NCBI GenBank assembly: GCA_030141605.1
Contig: JAQGDQ010001059.1
Coordinates: 1-64,000 of the forward strand
Length of the DNA: 64,000 nucleotides
Direction of reading: 5' to 3'
Origin: Tubiluchus corallicola
Lineage: Eukaryota; Animalia; Priapulida
The position numbers and the translations under genes are program-made. A model generated the notes under the pieces. That model made no database searches, was not told the origin of the DNA, and was given only the letters and a program-made list of their open reading frames with translations. Shown here one piece after another: positions 33,601 through 44,900 of the stretch. The first letter of the stretch is position 1. The number at the start of each line of letters is the position of its first letter.

Positions 33601-36600
33601 CAGCAGCTGTTATTTTTCCAGGTTCAATTTCGATAGCGGATGGTTTCAGTATTTTTACAGTTCCCCTAGGAGAGGACACAGGCCCGGGTGCATGAAGTCC
33701 CGCTTCGCTGACTTGTATCGAGGCAAATCCAGGCAAAGCTGCTCCCAGATTCTGCCCCTCTTGACAGATAGTCTGTTTAACAAGCTCTGCCAACATATCC
33801 TCCTCGCTTTGTTTAGCTTGGGTAGACTGTACGACCGCTGATTCAACCTGAACATATTCACTCTCTGGAACAGACAGTGCGGAACCAGTTTTTGTACTGA
33901 CTACGGGAACCACAATATCATCGCCAAACTCTGCCTTCATGCGTTCAAACAGTGGAGGAACCGGGCTTATCTTTTCGCCAACCGAAGCGATGCTTTCACT
34001 CTGGGATTCACTTTCCTCTGTGGCATTGGACAGCAATTCCTGTTCCAACATCTGATTTAAGTCTCGTGCATTGTTAGCACTAGCAGTTTGCTGTTCTGAC
34101 TGTTCGGCTTGGCGAAGAATTTGTAGCGGATCACCAACATCAACAATATCTTGAGTAGCAATTTCCTCACGGGTCCATTGGCCCTCCATTGGAATGGTTT
34201 CTCGTTGCCAGTGTGTCATTGGTGGTATGCCAGCTGGCTTATAATCGTTATTTTCATTTTCAGCTTTTACTACTGGAATCTCTTCTTCATTTGCCATAAT
34301 GTTATCTGCAGGTTGTTCTGTGAATAGTTCCTTCAACATAATGTCTTCTCTGTAGCCATGAGGAGCTGACACCTCTACTTCCTGATTATTGTGCACCTCT
34401 TTATCAGAAATTATTGGGCTTTTCTTGCTTTCAGTATGTTCTCCTAGCAGTTCTGTTTCCAATACATCAGGCTGAATGGATACGCATTCACTCTGTTTTT
34501 CTATATCATACTGTCCTACAATATTGTGATCTGGAGATTCTTGCACCGTGGCTTGTTCATCGACTTCTTCATCATTACCATGATCAATATTTTCTGGTTC
34601 GTCACATATTTGTGCGACATGCTCAGCAGCTTCTTGAGACATGTCGTCTTCGAAATCAGATTCATCCTCTGAAGGTTCCTTAAAACTTTCGGAATCTTCA
34701 GAGTTTTCTTCTGCGTCTTTCTGCAAATGCTCAATGATCTCACTGCCGATGTCATGTTCTTGGGAATGAGTCACACCAGTTGCTATTGCCTCATTTCCAC
34801 TTGGAATTTCTGTAATTCTACAAGAAGCCTCAGCAAGATCTGGTCTAGGATTGCCTAGTATATTGCCAGAGTTTTCATCATTGTGTTGATCACCATCTTC
34901 ATTCTCCTGTGAAATGTTGCTGCTTGTTTCTAGCGACTCAGGAATGGTTAGAGATTCGTTATCTGGAACTTCCTCAGTCAACTCTTGCCTCTCTATACTA
35001 TCGGCCTCTTTTTCAACTTCTTGCTGATACTCAGGTTCAGAACTAAGTATCCTAGAATTTGCTGCTTCGAAGTCTTCCGATTCACTATCTCCAGTTGACG
35101 GTTCTTTAAAACTGCCAGAATCACTATCACCTTGATGCTCAGCATAAACTGCATGCTCCTGTTCTGATGTACTTATCGAGGTGTGAATTTCCTCAACTTT
35201 CTCTGCAACATCATTGTCACCAACTGGTTTCTCTTCCGCATCTTTATCATCTTCAAGTTGTTGCTTATGATCAGTAGGCAAACCATCATCCCAGATATGT
35301 TCCACAACTTTAGGATTTTCCTCCTCCAGTTCGCCTGCCTCTTTTAGACCCCCATCTGAGCATTGTTGTTCTACTAATGATGTTGCTGGTGTCCACTTTT
35401 CTGGGACTGATGTGCCTACTTCCTCCCACTCATCTGTCCCTTTTAAACCCTTCTCAGAATGTTCTTCCAATCTTTCTGGGGCTAATGTGTCTAACGTAAC
35501 ACCACTTTGTTTTTCCACTTCTTCCACTTCCTGTCCCTTCTCAATTGTCTCCGATGCCAATTCCGTTGAGGGTGCATCTTTTTCCGCAAACTGCGTATCT
35601 GCAGGAATCTCCTGATCATCAGCTGTCATTGACACTGCTGCCGGTTGCCCGATACGTTGCGCGCGAGATAACGGCATGGAATCGGCACATTTCACTGGTA
35701 ACTGTACATGAAAATCCTGTGCTTCAGACCTAGAGTGCTTATCTGCTAAAACGTTTGTCGGATGATCTATAAGCAGTGTCGAGGGACCCATGGTTGGCAC
35801 GTAGTTTTCCTCTTCAGCAGGCGTTGCAGTTGAATCCTTAGAAATTTCACAAACATTGTTCGCCGAGGACAGACGCGAAGCATTTTTAGAGTCTTCCGTT
35901 ATAAGTTCTGCTTTCCTAAGCGAAAGTACATCTGTCGGATGATCGGTTGACAATGTGTTTTCTGTCATTGTTCGAACTTCGTCCTCTTCGGGAGCTGCCG
36001 TTTCTGCTTCCATTTCATGTCCTGGGGAGGAATATTCCTGAACCCCTGCCAATGCAGGTTTCTCACTAAGTGGCGGCATTTCAGAAACATGTTTTTCCAG
36101 ACTTTCTTCGCAGGTCTTGGTGTTGGCATTGCTGCTCATTTCAATGTCTTGGGTTGCGTTCGGGCTTTCAGCTTCCAAAACTGAGGCGCCTGTATGATGG
36201 TGGCGTTCTGCAAGCTCTACGTTTGGAAGATCTTCGCTGGTCCGAGGTTCCGGAAGAGGTATTTCTCTCACTAACAGAGGAATATCTGTACATTGTTGAC
36301 CATCCGGTTGAATCTGAACAAGTTCCTCAGCTTGTCTGGTATCCGGATTGCCAGGATCGGTATGTGTATCAGTCTTTTCTGTTGGATCAATATGATGATC
36401 TGCATTCTTTTCGTACACGTCCATGTTATTGCCATTCCCTGGAAATACGTCACGAAAGGTTTGCAGTGAACCTTGTTGCTGTGTTTCCAAAACAATGCCA
36501 GCTTGGTTATCCGGATTTGGAAGATCCTGTTCAGCCTTGCGCACTTCGACGTCTGGTCTAATACTCATTTCGCCGTGACGTGTTGTTGGCATGGCTTCGC

Positions 36601-38974
36601 TGCTTTGACCGTCAGAAGATTGTTGCGCTTGCTCAGTACCACTTGGTCCCGGAACCTGCTGTGGATTAGACTGTAATTCGTCGCTCGACACTTTGTACTG
36701 CATCTCCCTAACAACATTCACAACTTGGTTTGTATCTCTTGGCAACAAGCCGTCGTTTTCCACAAAAATGATAGCAGGATCTATCGACATTTTGGTGGTC
36801 ATTACAGCTTGATCTAATAGATCACAAGTGGGTGAGAGATAGTCTTCCGTGACGCTGAGCTTTCCCGACTGACGCGAATAGACGGTTTCCGTTGATTCTC
36901 CAGTAACTTCCGATTCACTAAGGGCAATCATGATGTCATTAACGATGCTTCCGACACACTGCGATATAAATTCGCCTCGCCGCGGTGAGCCGACTATATC
37001 ACTAGCCGGAACGTAGTCACACATGAGACAGGTGCAACCCGGTTTATAGGAATGATTCAGTTTGGCTTGAGTACTAGTCCCACTCTTCCGTGGAGACGGC
37101 TTACGCGATTCTCTGACAGGCCTCTTCTGCTTCTTCTTTGCCGGCGTCTCCTCGACGCTTGACTTCATGATCTGTTCGAACGTGTTTCTATCCTCGATGC
37201 TTAAGACTTGGTCGAGCGGAAAGATCTTGTTCAATGTCTCAAAGATATTCACCGGTAAATTCACCAAGACTTTTTCTGGCGTCTCATTCTCTGAGCCACT
37301 TGGCTTCTTCTTCCTCGGTTGCTTTGGCTTCTTCATCGGCTTCTCCGTCTTGGGAGTCGATTCCTGCTCTCGCAAGACGTTTGCCGAAGAAGAGTTGAAA
37401 ACGTTGCCAACGTGATCCGAATCGCCATTCAACGGCTGGTGATTGGTGAAACCGTTACGACTGCCTTTCTTGTTGGTTTTTGTGTGTCTCGCTTGAGACG
37501 GCCCCGTCTTATTTTGTGACTTTCTCATTACCGGTGGGTTACCGCCACTGAAGGTTCTGCCTGTAGAATCAACCAGATGATTTGACAACATATCGAATAT
37601 GTTACTGTTGTCCTCGCTTCTTGCGTCCAACTGATTAGCTGATGAAACCATTGTCTGCCTACTGTGACTGTTCACGTTTCTCCCGTCATTTCCCGGTCGA
37701 AAAAACAGATCTGCCACGGGCGGCAACTGATTACTAGAAACGGATTGTGAATATACCATGTTTGCCGGACGTGTATAAACGGGTGGAAATGGGGCAGAAC
37801 TTGGGATGCTCTCCTGCTGCTGTTGTTGTTGCTGAAAAACTGCTGCCGCCTCTTGAGTGTGAGGTGACGGGTACAAAGGAGAAGATGACAACACGTTGTT
37901 TGATTGACTCAATGAACTGTTAGGCACAGAAGAGCTAGGTTGCAGATGAAACTGAGTGTTAGCGTCTGGTGCAAAAGTGTGACCATTAGTCCGGTATAAC
38001 AAGTGCTTAGCCAATTGCGAGTCGCCTCTTCCGGTCAATAATGGCTGCCCCGTTGTCGATGATTCCGTAAAAAATCGTGCTCCATCTGCTGCTGTCCGAA
38101 ACTGCTGCTGGCGCTGTTGATGTGCCACACCCTCGGGAATGTGCCTAGTTTGTGTTGGCACAGCTACTGTCACATCAGCACTGGATGTCCCTATCTGTCC
38201 ATTAACGGCATTCGATATCGGCAAGCTAAGTACGAGCACAGGGGAGTTTGTAGCCGCTCTTAGCTGCTCGGGCTGCGTTTCTCCCATGGAAGAATATGCG
38301 TTTAATTGAAATGCGTTATTATTAGGCATGCTTGCAGGTGTCACGACGCGGTTGTTAACAAAATATTCAGAATTGGGTTGTGCGGAGCTGGTAAACGGCA
38401 GATGGACAGACGTCTGCTGTGACCCTGCCTGACCTCGACTGGTGGGATACCGCACACGCTCTTGTCCAGGGATAACATACTGTTGTGCCATCTGGTGTGG
38501 TGCAGGAGAAACATTCTGGTGTGGCGGCTGTAAAACTACTTGATTTGGCCTACAAGAATTCACGGCAGCGGCAGAAATACTGACATTATGAGGAGACAGT
38601 CCATCGGCACTGACTTGTCCTAATTGCCCTCGATTCTTCCGCAGCACGGACTGCATCTGAGGGTTCTTTTCTTGCATCATTTGTTGGTTGAGGGGCGGGG
38701 CGACACTACTCGCAAATGTGTACCTGTTCATCTCAGTCGACCTTGCAGGTATTCTCTTGGGAGTTTCTCTAGCCTGGACGACAGCCTTTGCGGTCATGGC
38801 GTGAATACTGGCAAGATTATCTTTAACCATTTTTTCCTCCGTGTCTTGAACAGCTTCTCGATGCCCGTTTTGGTTGCCGGATGCAGAGGACAATGTGGCG
38901 GCGGAGCTCGGTGCCTTCAAGTGCTTCTTTCTCTGCTTCTCGACTCCATCAATTGATCCTTTGGGTTTCTTGTG
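30617..38974 (-). CDS. Giant (8358 nt) terminal exon of the ZNF292/RLF-like gene
   Basis: 2788-aa ORF; acceptor TTTGTTTCAG ending at 38975; low-complexity acidic, Q-rich and basic blocks with two AT-hooks. Confidence 0.9.
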   Translation of the reverse strand, partial: HKKPKGSIDGVEKQRKKHLKAPSSAATLSSASGNQNGHREAVQDTEEKMVKDNLASIHAMTAKAVVQARETPKRIPARSTEMNRYTFASSVAPPLNQQMMQEKNPQMQSVLRKNRGQLGQVSADGLSPHNVSISAAAVNSCRPNQVVLQPPHQNVSPAPHQMAQQYVIPGQERVRYPTSRGQAGSQQTSVHLPFTSSAQPNSEYFVNNRVVTPASMPNNNAFQLNAYSSMGETQPEQLRAATNSPVLVLSLPISNAVNGQIGTSSADVTVAVPTQTRHIPEGVAHQQRQQQFRTAADGARFFTESSTTGQPLLTGRGDSQLAKHLLYRTNGHTFAPDANTQFHLQPSSSVPNSSLSQSNNVLSSSPLYPSPHTQEAAAVFQQQQQQQESIPSSAPFPPVYTRPANMVYSQSVSSNQLPPVADLFFRPGNDGRNVNSHSRQTMVSSANQLDARSEDNSNIFDMLSNHLVDSTGRTFSGGNPPVMRKSQNKTGPSQARHTKTNKKGSRNGFTNHQPLNGDSDHVGNVFNSSSANVLREQESTPKTEKPMKKPKQPRKKKPSGSENETPEKVLVNLPVNIFETLNKIFPLDQVLSIEDRNTFEQIMKSSVEETPAKKKQKRPVRESRKPSPRKSGTSTQAKLNHSYKPGCTCLMCDYVPASDIVGSPRRGEFISQCVGSIVNDIMIALSESEVTGESTETVYSRQSGKLSVTEDYLSPTCDLLDQAVMTTKMSIDPAIIFVENDGLLPRDTNQVVNVVREMQYKVSSDELQSNPQQVPGPSGTEQAQQSSDGQSSEAMPTTRHGEMSIRPDVEVRKAEQDLPNPDNQAGIVLETQQQGSLQTFRDVFPGNGNNMDVYEKNADHHIDPTEKTDTHTDPGNPDTRQAEELVQIQPDGQQCTDIPLLVREIPLPEPRTSEDLPNVELAERHHHTGASVLEAESPNATQDIEMSSNANTKTCEESLEKHVSEMPPLSEKPALAGVQEYSSPGHEMEAETAAPEEDEVRTMTENTLSTDHPTDVLSLRKAELITEDSKNASRLSSANNVCEISKDSTATPAEEENYVPTMGPSTLLIDHPTNVLADKHSRSEAQDFHVQLPVKCADSMPLSRAQRIGQPAAVSMTADDQEIPADTQFAEKDAPSTELASETIEKGQEVEEVEKQSGVTLDTLAPERLEEHSEKGLKGTDEWEEVGTSVPEKWTPATSLVEQQCSDGGLKEAGELEEENPKVVEHIWDDGLPTDHKQQLEDDKDAEEKPVGDNDVAEKVEEIHTSISTSEQEHAVYAEHQGDSDSGSFKEPSTGDSESEDFEAANSRILSSEPEYQQEVEKEADSIERQELTEEVPDNESLTIPESLETSSNISQENEDGDQHNDENSGNILGNPRPDLAEASCRITEIPSGNEAIATGVTHSQEHDIGSEIIEHLQKDAEENSEDSESFKEPSEDESDFEDDMSQEAAEHVAQICDEPENIDHGNDEEVDEQATVQESPDHNIVGQYDIEKQSECVSIQPDVLETELLGEHTESKKSPIISDKEVHNNQEVEVSAPHGYREDIMLKELFTEQPADNIMANEEEIPVVKAENENNDYKPAGIPPMTHWQRETIPMEGQWTREEIATQDIVDVGDPLQILRQAEQSEQQTASANNARDLNQMLEQELLSNATEESESQSESIASVGEKISPVPPLFERMKAEFGDDIVVPVVSTKTGSALSVPESEYVQVESAVVQSTQAKQSEEDMLAELVKQTICQEGQNLGAALPGFASIQVSEAGLHAPGPVSSPRGTVKILKPSAIEIEPGKITAAEAVLSAMAKATSSEDVSVTADSVATATAIQEEGAPAEASSAKIKDIFPGSGQTVRRKPIWASQGSEEEKKAPVQTPVERLLGKSVPSSKPQGGKQPFVLKLSKDDYMKLKSKAIVLQGDPKTGMLKLVPGDTAAAVKPAPAATARTISGESDTSGKETDAEVQPQTNEGAQKSDTEQGAAAVLHEVSTDEETGSPVRYTMQRMKGMMMRYTPMQSGGRYKIFKSKEKDRPSQEESSATGTSQQNLIVIPEAKAKQIGLGGLAYMSDSKTKAVPAHASSSLKLMLPKDPAKFGRVGGDSPSPTELPEHTEQFITVGTPGKRRPTGWQKAMITSPERQRRKEVILLENSATKRPSKMSNVTGKDGDEKLPPKKRRTSKNVDNAGVSGESADVNKEGARKETKRQKIKVEDKKTTTVIKNRGKKRTAEATVQHIKSEAAQRMSDEDIPRKRLSLPEEVLQEDLPEIHKRSYSATGIGYDYEKPKLRERTVLSYKPVGGILKKSPGLSSESAPSSDKKVRFQEAVATRPRTPSPNKPSKDAAMKVKQENVGSAKITSYKTKTSVKKQAKTVEYLAQLKRVTDRGEGEAFKSPPKSETEEATEPQSKPMPNGRRKKVVRKLRVEEQGERISSPSKFRESLIQEALEEEAPQEPLPLKLKTLSKKFVPQHIPLETGLKEKVKISYSPRKKKQAGEVIRKRGRPKKEISLDDYVSPPSVKRGRPKKEIELGDYELPSMKETPKVSYSGRKKKPKMPGLPAPNRPRPKSLISHNVIVDFDVGDEDARPREEEYDSFVLDFTLRHRRSSGTQSTEKPEPSISPATFADSRRTENDSKPTEEGDVAEDTGTFRIITHVSDSDSSSGSMPALSESGEDLIQDVDEEVSFNFRRSSPDVLQKEMSGTTPTTSPIKMEGETAVEKPLASDNTVECKAIDTREAEAPVDTDSSGVSGKASEITDPESSKAQSKSSRETSSPQKQSDEDDSGRANIWEMIGAEFGRGKR

Positions 38975-41900
38975 CTGAAACAAAAAAGAAACTTTATTCC
39001 AAAGTACAGGACATATTTATATTTCTACAAACTAAAACTGCAAAAAAAAGAACATGGCATGACTCTATAATAAAATGCACTGCCATGCGCTATATACAGT
39101 CGACCCTCGTTAAACCGGACCCCGTTAGCCCGGATATCGGATAAGACGGACGTCATCCGTGGTAAAGGAAACTGACCGATTTCCGCCAGAGCCGGAGTGC
39201 TAAACACAACACGGCCTACCAACTGTACAATAATTTCTTTATCCTCACAGGTTAACTATTTTAAAGTAATATACAGTATAGTATATAGTACAATGTATAT
39301 AGACCTTATTAAGGTGATTATTCCTGTATAATATAGACCATATATAGGCATATCGGATAAATCGGACCACCCACCCCCCCTAATTAGTCCGGTTTAACGA
39401 AGGTTGACTGTACTGTCTATAAATAATTAACAATACAGTAACAAAAACTTGAATCGATGACACTATAAAATGTGCGCAACAATCATTAATACACGGGTTT
39501 GCGCAATAAACTTCCTTTTCAGACATCAGAAAATTCTCCCAGTTATATGTTTAACATATACTTGCATAAAGACATCCCAGACACTTGAGGCAATACACTT
39601 TTACCTACTCTAGTACAGTACTCTGATCACCGAAGTTAAGCAACGTAGAGCCTGGTTAGTACTTGGATGGGTGACCGCCTAGGAATACCAGGTGCTGTAG
39701 GCTTGCGGGATGCCCACACTGTATCTTGACACTAGGCGGAAGAGCTGCACAAGCAGCCAACGGCTAAGGGGCGGAGGAGGTCAAGTGACCCAACAGCCAT
39801 GTGTAGAGAAATAAACCTTCCAAATCAGGAGTGGAGCCCCGAAGGCGGACCAGTGCAGCATGTTCACTGACTCCGGCAGCTCCTGCAGCCAACCTGGTGC
39901 CAAACGCATCGCTCCGCTTTACTTTGGACTACACCAGGGAGGAAGAGAGGGGGTTCCTGTTGTCTGTGCAACTCAGGATCTCCATACACCTTGCCCAGGC
40001 GTGCGCCCTGGAGATGTTCAAGGAGCGGACTGCTCAGCCACAGTCGACGCTGCAGCTCCATCAATGTGATCAATAACTGACTCTCTTGGCGCACACTCCA
40101 TTGTCTTCCGAGACAGAAGGATGCCAACAGCGCACTTCAAACAGTTACGAAATAAGTGGTTTCTGCTCTGTAAGAAAATTTGTTAGAAAAAATCCAAAAT
40201 GCTGCCATCTAGCGGACAAAAAGATGACAACCAGCGATTAAACAATGGCCGACAGAAGGGGACTACAATGCTAACCTTCTTCGGATGCTGCTTCCTAGCT
40301 GCAACAATGCTCATTGCTAGCTGACGTTGTATATCATCGGGCAGGATGTCATGCCAACCCTGCTGCTGCTGCTGCTGCCGTTCTGCATTACCTGCAAAAA
40401 AGGAAAATTCATAAAAACGTGAGATGAAATGCAGAACGTATACAGCGAAAATAGCAAGTCAGTTAGAAATACTGTACATAGTACGCTAAACACCAAAATA
40501 AATCTGCAAACGAACAAAAACTCGTTCCAGTATTTATTACTGCTAATTTTAGTCATAGATACAATGAGAAACATATTAACTACGATAGTAAACTACACTA
40601 AATAAACTAAAAGTAATATTGAACAACAAAAAATCAGTGCAATAATCACAGTGAAGAAGATAGTTCAAAGCAAATGCTGATCTAGCAAACCAGAAACAAA
40701 ACTGACTGAAAATTACTCTGAAGTATATACTTTAGCATCGTAGTTGTATAACAGAAACAAAACGGAACGAACTAGTCATGCAAAGTGCGTGTCTAAACAT
40801 GACAGTATTTGAGAATTGTGCAAGTTACAAGTAGCTACCATCCAGAAAAGAAAAATTAACTGGGAAGTCTTCTACCAACACTCTGCTAAGTTACTAACTA
40901 TGAATGTTAAGTTATTAACTATGACTGCTAAGTTACTAACTATGACTGCTATAGTTATTAACTATAACTGCTAAGTTATTAACTATGACTGCTATAGTTA
41001 TTAGCTATGACTGCTAAGTTACTAACTATGACTGCTATAGTTATTAACTATAACTGCTAAGTTGTTAATAATGACTGCTATAGTCATTAACTATAACTGC
41101 TAAGTTATTAAATATAACTGCTAAGTTATTAACTATAACTGCTAAGTTACTAACTATGACTGCTATAGTTATTAACTATAACTGCTACGTTATTAACTAT
41201 AACTCCCAAGTTACCAACTATAACTGCTGAGTTATTACTATAACTGCTATGGTACTAACTATAACTGTTAAGTTATTAACTATAACTGCTAAGTTATTAA
41301 CTATGACTGCTGTAGTTATTAACTATACCTGCTAAGTTATTAACTATGACTGCTATAGTTATTAACTATGACTGCTAAGTTATTAACCTGCTAAACATAT
41401 TAACTATGATAGTAAACTATACTAAATAAAGTAAAAGTAACAGTTAACAGCAGAAATTAACTGCATTAACATCAAGCAGAAATTAACTGCATTAACGGCA
41501 AAGAATAAATTTCTAAGAACATGCTGATCCAGCAAGCCAAAAAGGAAATAGACAGAGAATTACTAAGAAGTGCGTTCACTTTAACATCATGCTTGTATAA
41601 TGGAAAACAAAACAGCATGAACTAACCACGCACAGTAACACGACCAAGCTACTAAATTTTGATTAAACAATTTAAACGTCATGATACAATGCAATTTGAA
41701 CATCACGATACAAAGCAATTTGAACATCAGGGACTGGGAAAATATTTCCCGGGAAAGCGATCATTACGAGCAGGATCGTGTTAACTGTAAAATGGTTTCA
41801 AATGCAAAGTCTCGCGAAATTTGTAAGAAAAGAATTCAGTAAGAGAAAAACCACAATCCAACTTTGCTCATTCTTGGATCATGTCACAAATCTGTCGATC

Positions 41901-44900
41901 AAAATTACAAATAAACTACAACACACTTTAGTACAATTACTTGTAGGAACCCATTAAAACTAATATCGACAATTATTATACATTTGTCACAAAACTTCAG
42001 AACAGACTTAGAACTGAGCTGTCAAAATTGATCTGAGTTACGTTATTTCACAAAATGGAGATTCCCGTAGGGATAGAGTTCATCAGCATTACGCTTGCTT
42101 TACATTATTACGGGTTACACTCATATCTCGGTTTGCCGGACGTCGCTTTTACGGATTTCGGAAGAATCGAACAAAATCTGGTCCGTAATAAAGTCCCACA
42201 TACCATGGACCGCAAGTTGACAGCTAGTTGGCGGGCCTTCACTTTGTTTACATCACGTACATCAGTGTAACCACGTGTATATCTCTGTGTATAGAAATAT
42301 AGAATCAATTGTACGGAGTTATTTGAGTCAATTGCCGACAGTTTTTATATACTTTTGCATAGGAGGGGCCCGTACTAGACGTTTTTGCGACAATTAGGCA
42401 ATTGATTCAACATTATCGTGAGTCTCATACACGACGCCTACTGTATTAGCTTAGTGTCGGTAAATGCAGATGATCGCCAAAATCGGACCGGTACCCCCCC
42501 CCCCGCTTTTGTCCAGCAAACCGAAATATGAAAGTATTTTGCGAAACAATAATATGCAATTGAATTATAATGAATCCTGATCTTAAGACTCTGAAACTGA
42601 GTAAAATGGTTAGGAAGGTCTTGGTTGCCTACAGTCCGTGTATCTCGTAACTCAGATACATTTTTAAACAACTAAGCCACCTGTCGAAAGTCTGAGGTGG
42701 GGAGAATGATTAGGAAACGTTTCCCGGAGCAGGGCTATTACCTGATGCAGAAGATGCGTTTGCAATGGCTTCGCTTCGTAGCTCCACCTCTACTTTCATT
42801 TTCGCAACTTGGCTTCTAATGTGAGGTGCAAGATGGGCCGGAAACGTCTGAATCTTGACCTTGGTGGTTATGGCCGGGTTTGGGTCGACGGAGGTGGGCT
42901 TCACGGCATTCTTTGCCTCCTCCTCAGCCGCCTCCTTCTCCTGCTTCTCCGCAACAGCCAGATATTGGTAACATACGTCCTTCAGCTCCGACCACGGCAA
43001 CAGCGGATCGACCACGCTAGGTCGCAGGCTGTAAAAGAGGGTCACCAAATCGTTGATCACCGTCTCGGTCAGCCTGGGGTGAGAAAGGCGCGGCACCTTC
43101 GGAAACTTCGGCGGCTTATACGACGGGTCCCCTTTGTTCACGTAAACTTCCTTGTCGACTTCCACCCAAACTTGTTCCTTCTTGACCTTGGTGGATTTCT
43201 GTCGCGACCTTGCCAAATTCTTCAGGCCGACTTCTTCGTTCGATTCTTCGGAATCTGAAGGTTCCTTGAACCAACCGGACCTGACCGAGCCCTTCTGTCT
43301 CAACTTGCTAGAATAACACTCCTCCTCTACGCCGCTATCAGAATCCGGAAGCTTCTCGATCCGTTCCTTTCGCGGGCGCCCCCTGGGTCTCTTCCTCTTC
43401 TTTTTCGGCGATCCAGACAGGAACTCGTTGAACGCATCTTCAAGTTCAGGGTCGTCCTTATGAGATGGGGAACCGTCCTGCCTGCTCTTCTCGACGCTGC
43501 TGCGCGTCACTCGACGAACCACGGAGCCCATGTCCTTCAGCGATTCTGTCGAAGCCTTCTTGCAGTTGGCTCCCATGCAAGCGGGCTTCTTAAGGGTGGC
43601 GTTCTTGTTGCCTTCATCGTCTTTCTGACCGGAACTAGCTGGCTTCGCCGGAACATCCGGAGAAGCCTCCACACTTTCGCTCTGCTCGGACGCTTCCACT
43701 TTGATCTCGATGTCCGCATTTTCGTACAGCGCCTTTATGGTCTCGATGCGCGACCTCGACGGACTGACGAAGAACGCGGTGAGAGCGCACTGCCGGGCGA
43801 GAGCCGGGTTATCGGAAAACAAGTTGGCTAAAAAGTTGAAGACGAACGAAATGCGATCTTGCAGGTCGCGGATGTCTCTCCTGTTGTTTTCGCTGCGAGC
43901 GGTATTGTAAGCATTCATGTCCATGGTAAGCCCTCGAATACATAACTCCAGCAGTAAGTTCAGAGTGTCCTTGTGTCCAAACTGAAAAAAAGAGGCAGAT
44001 AAAATATTAACATCTAATTCAATTAAAAAAGTATCAAAATGGGTAATAAAAACTGTAGTGTGAGATTATAAATACAGAATGTAATTAAATTTTGATATCA
44101 AACTTGCATGTGCAAAACTTGGAATGCACACTGGATTTGAACCAGCGACCTTCTATTTATATTAGGCCACTAGGCCACCACATATTCCAGTGGTCAAGGT
44201 AGTCTAAAGTTCACCCCTCATAGCAGGCTAACTAACAGTGATTTTCTCAAGATTATGTTTCTCAGTACGCAGCCTGCACCTCAACTTCAACGTGGATTAT
44301 CTCAGCTTAGAAATAACATAGAGCGATGAACTTGGGTATCAAAATGATCCTGATGAAATGGAGATTCAGGATATGCGAATAGCTAGAAAAACTTAATTGC
44401 CGACTTATGGATGATTTTGCTACGCAAGCACACACATGTTCAACTAAGAATGAATGAAAAGACACTATGGAAGTAACTATGCAAGCATGCAAGCACAATA
44501 TAGCAGCGCACATCCGAAGTCGCCATTACATGACGTCATGTACAAAACGTAAATGAAGGAAGAGAAAGCCAATGTTAAATTATGTCTCAAAAAACTTTCC
44601 GTGCAAATCTATGTTACTTAGATTTTCGCTTCCTACTAGAAAGACTTAGGTAACTAGAAAAGAAAATTATTAATTATTTAAAATGTTTTCACCAATTGGT
44701 AAAATGCCACTGAGTCACCTCCAGGGGGCACCACTCACTAACCAAAAAACGTATTTTTAATCTTATTGGCAAGATACAGTACTTTTAAATTTTATTTAGC
44801 TAGTGACTTGTGCACTACGAATGCTCTGATTATTTTTTCAAACTTTACAAAATGTTATCAAAACTTATTTCAAATGACCTGTCGTGAAAATGGCTGCGTC

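Noticed and set aside
39622-39704. Functional 5S rRNA gene
   Set aside because: It lacks the first ~35 nt and the oligo-T terminator and is fused to a repeat body.
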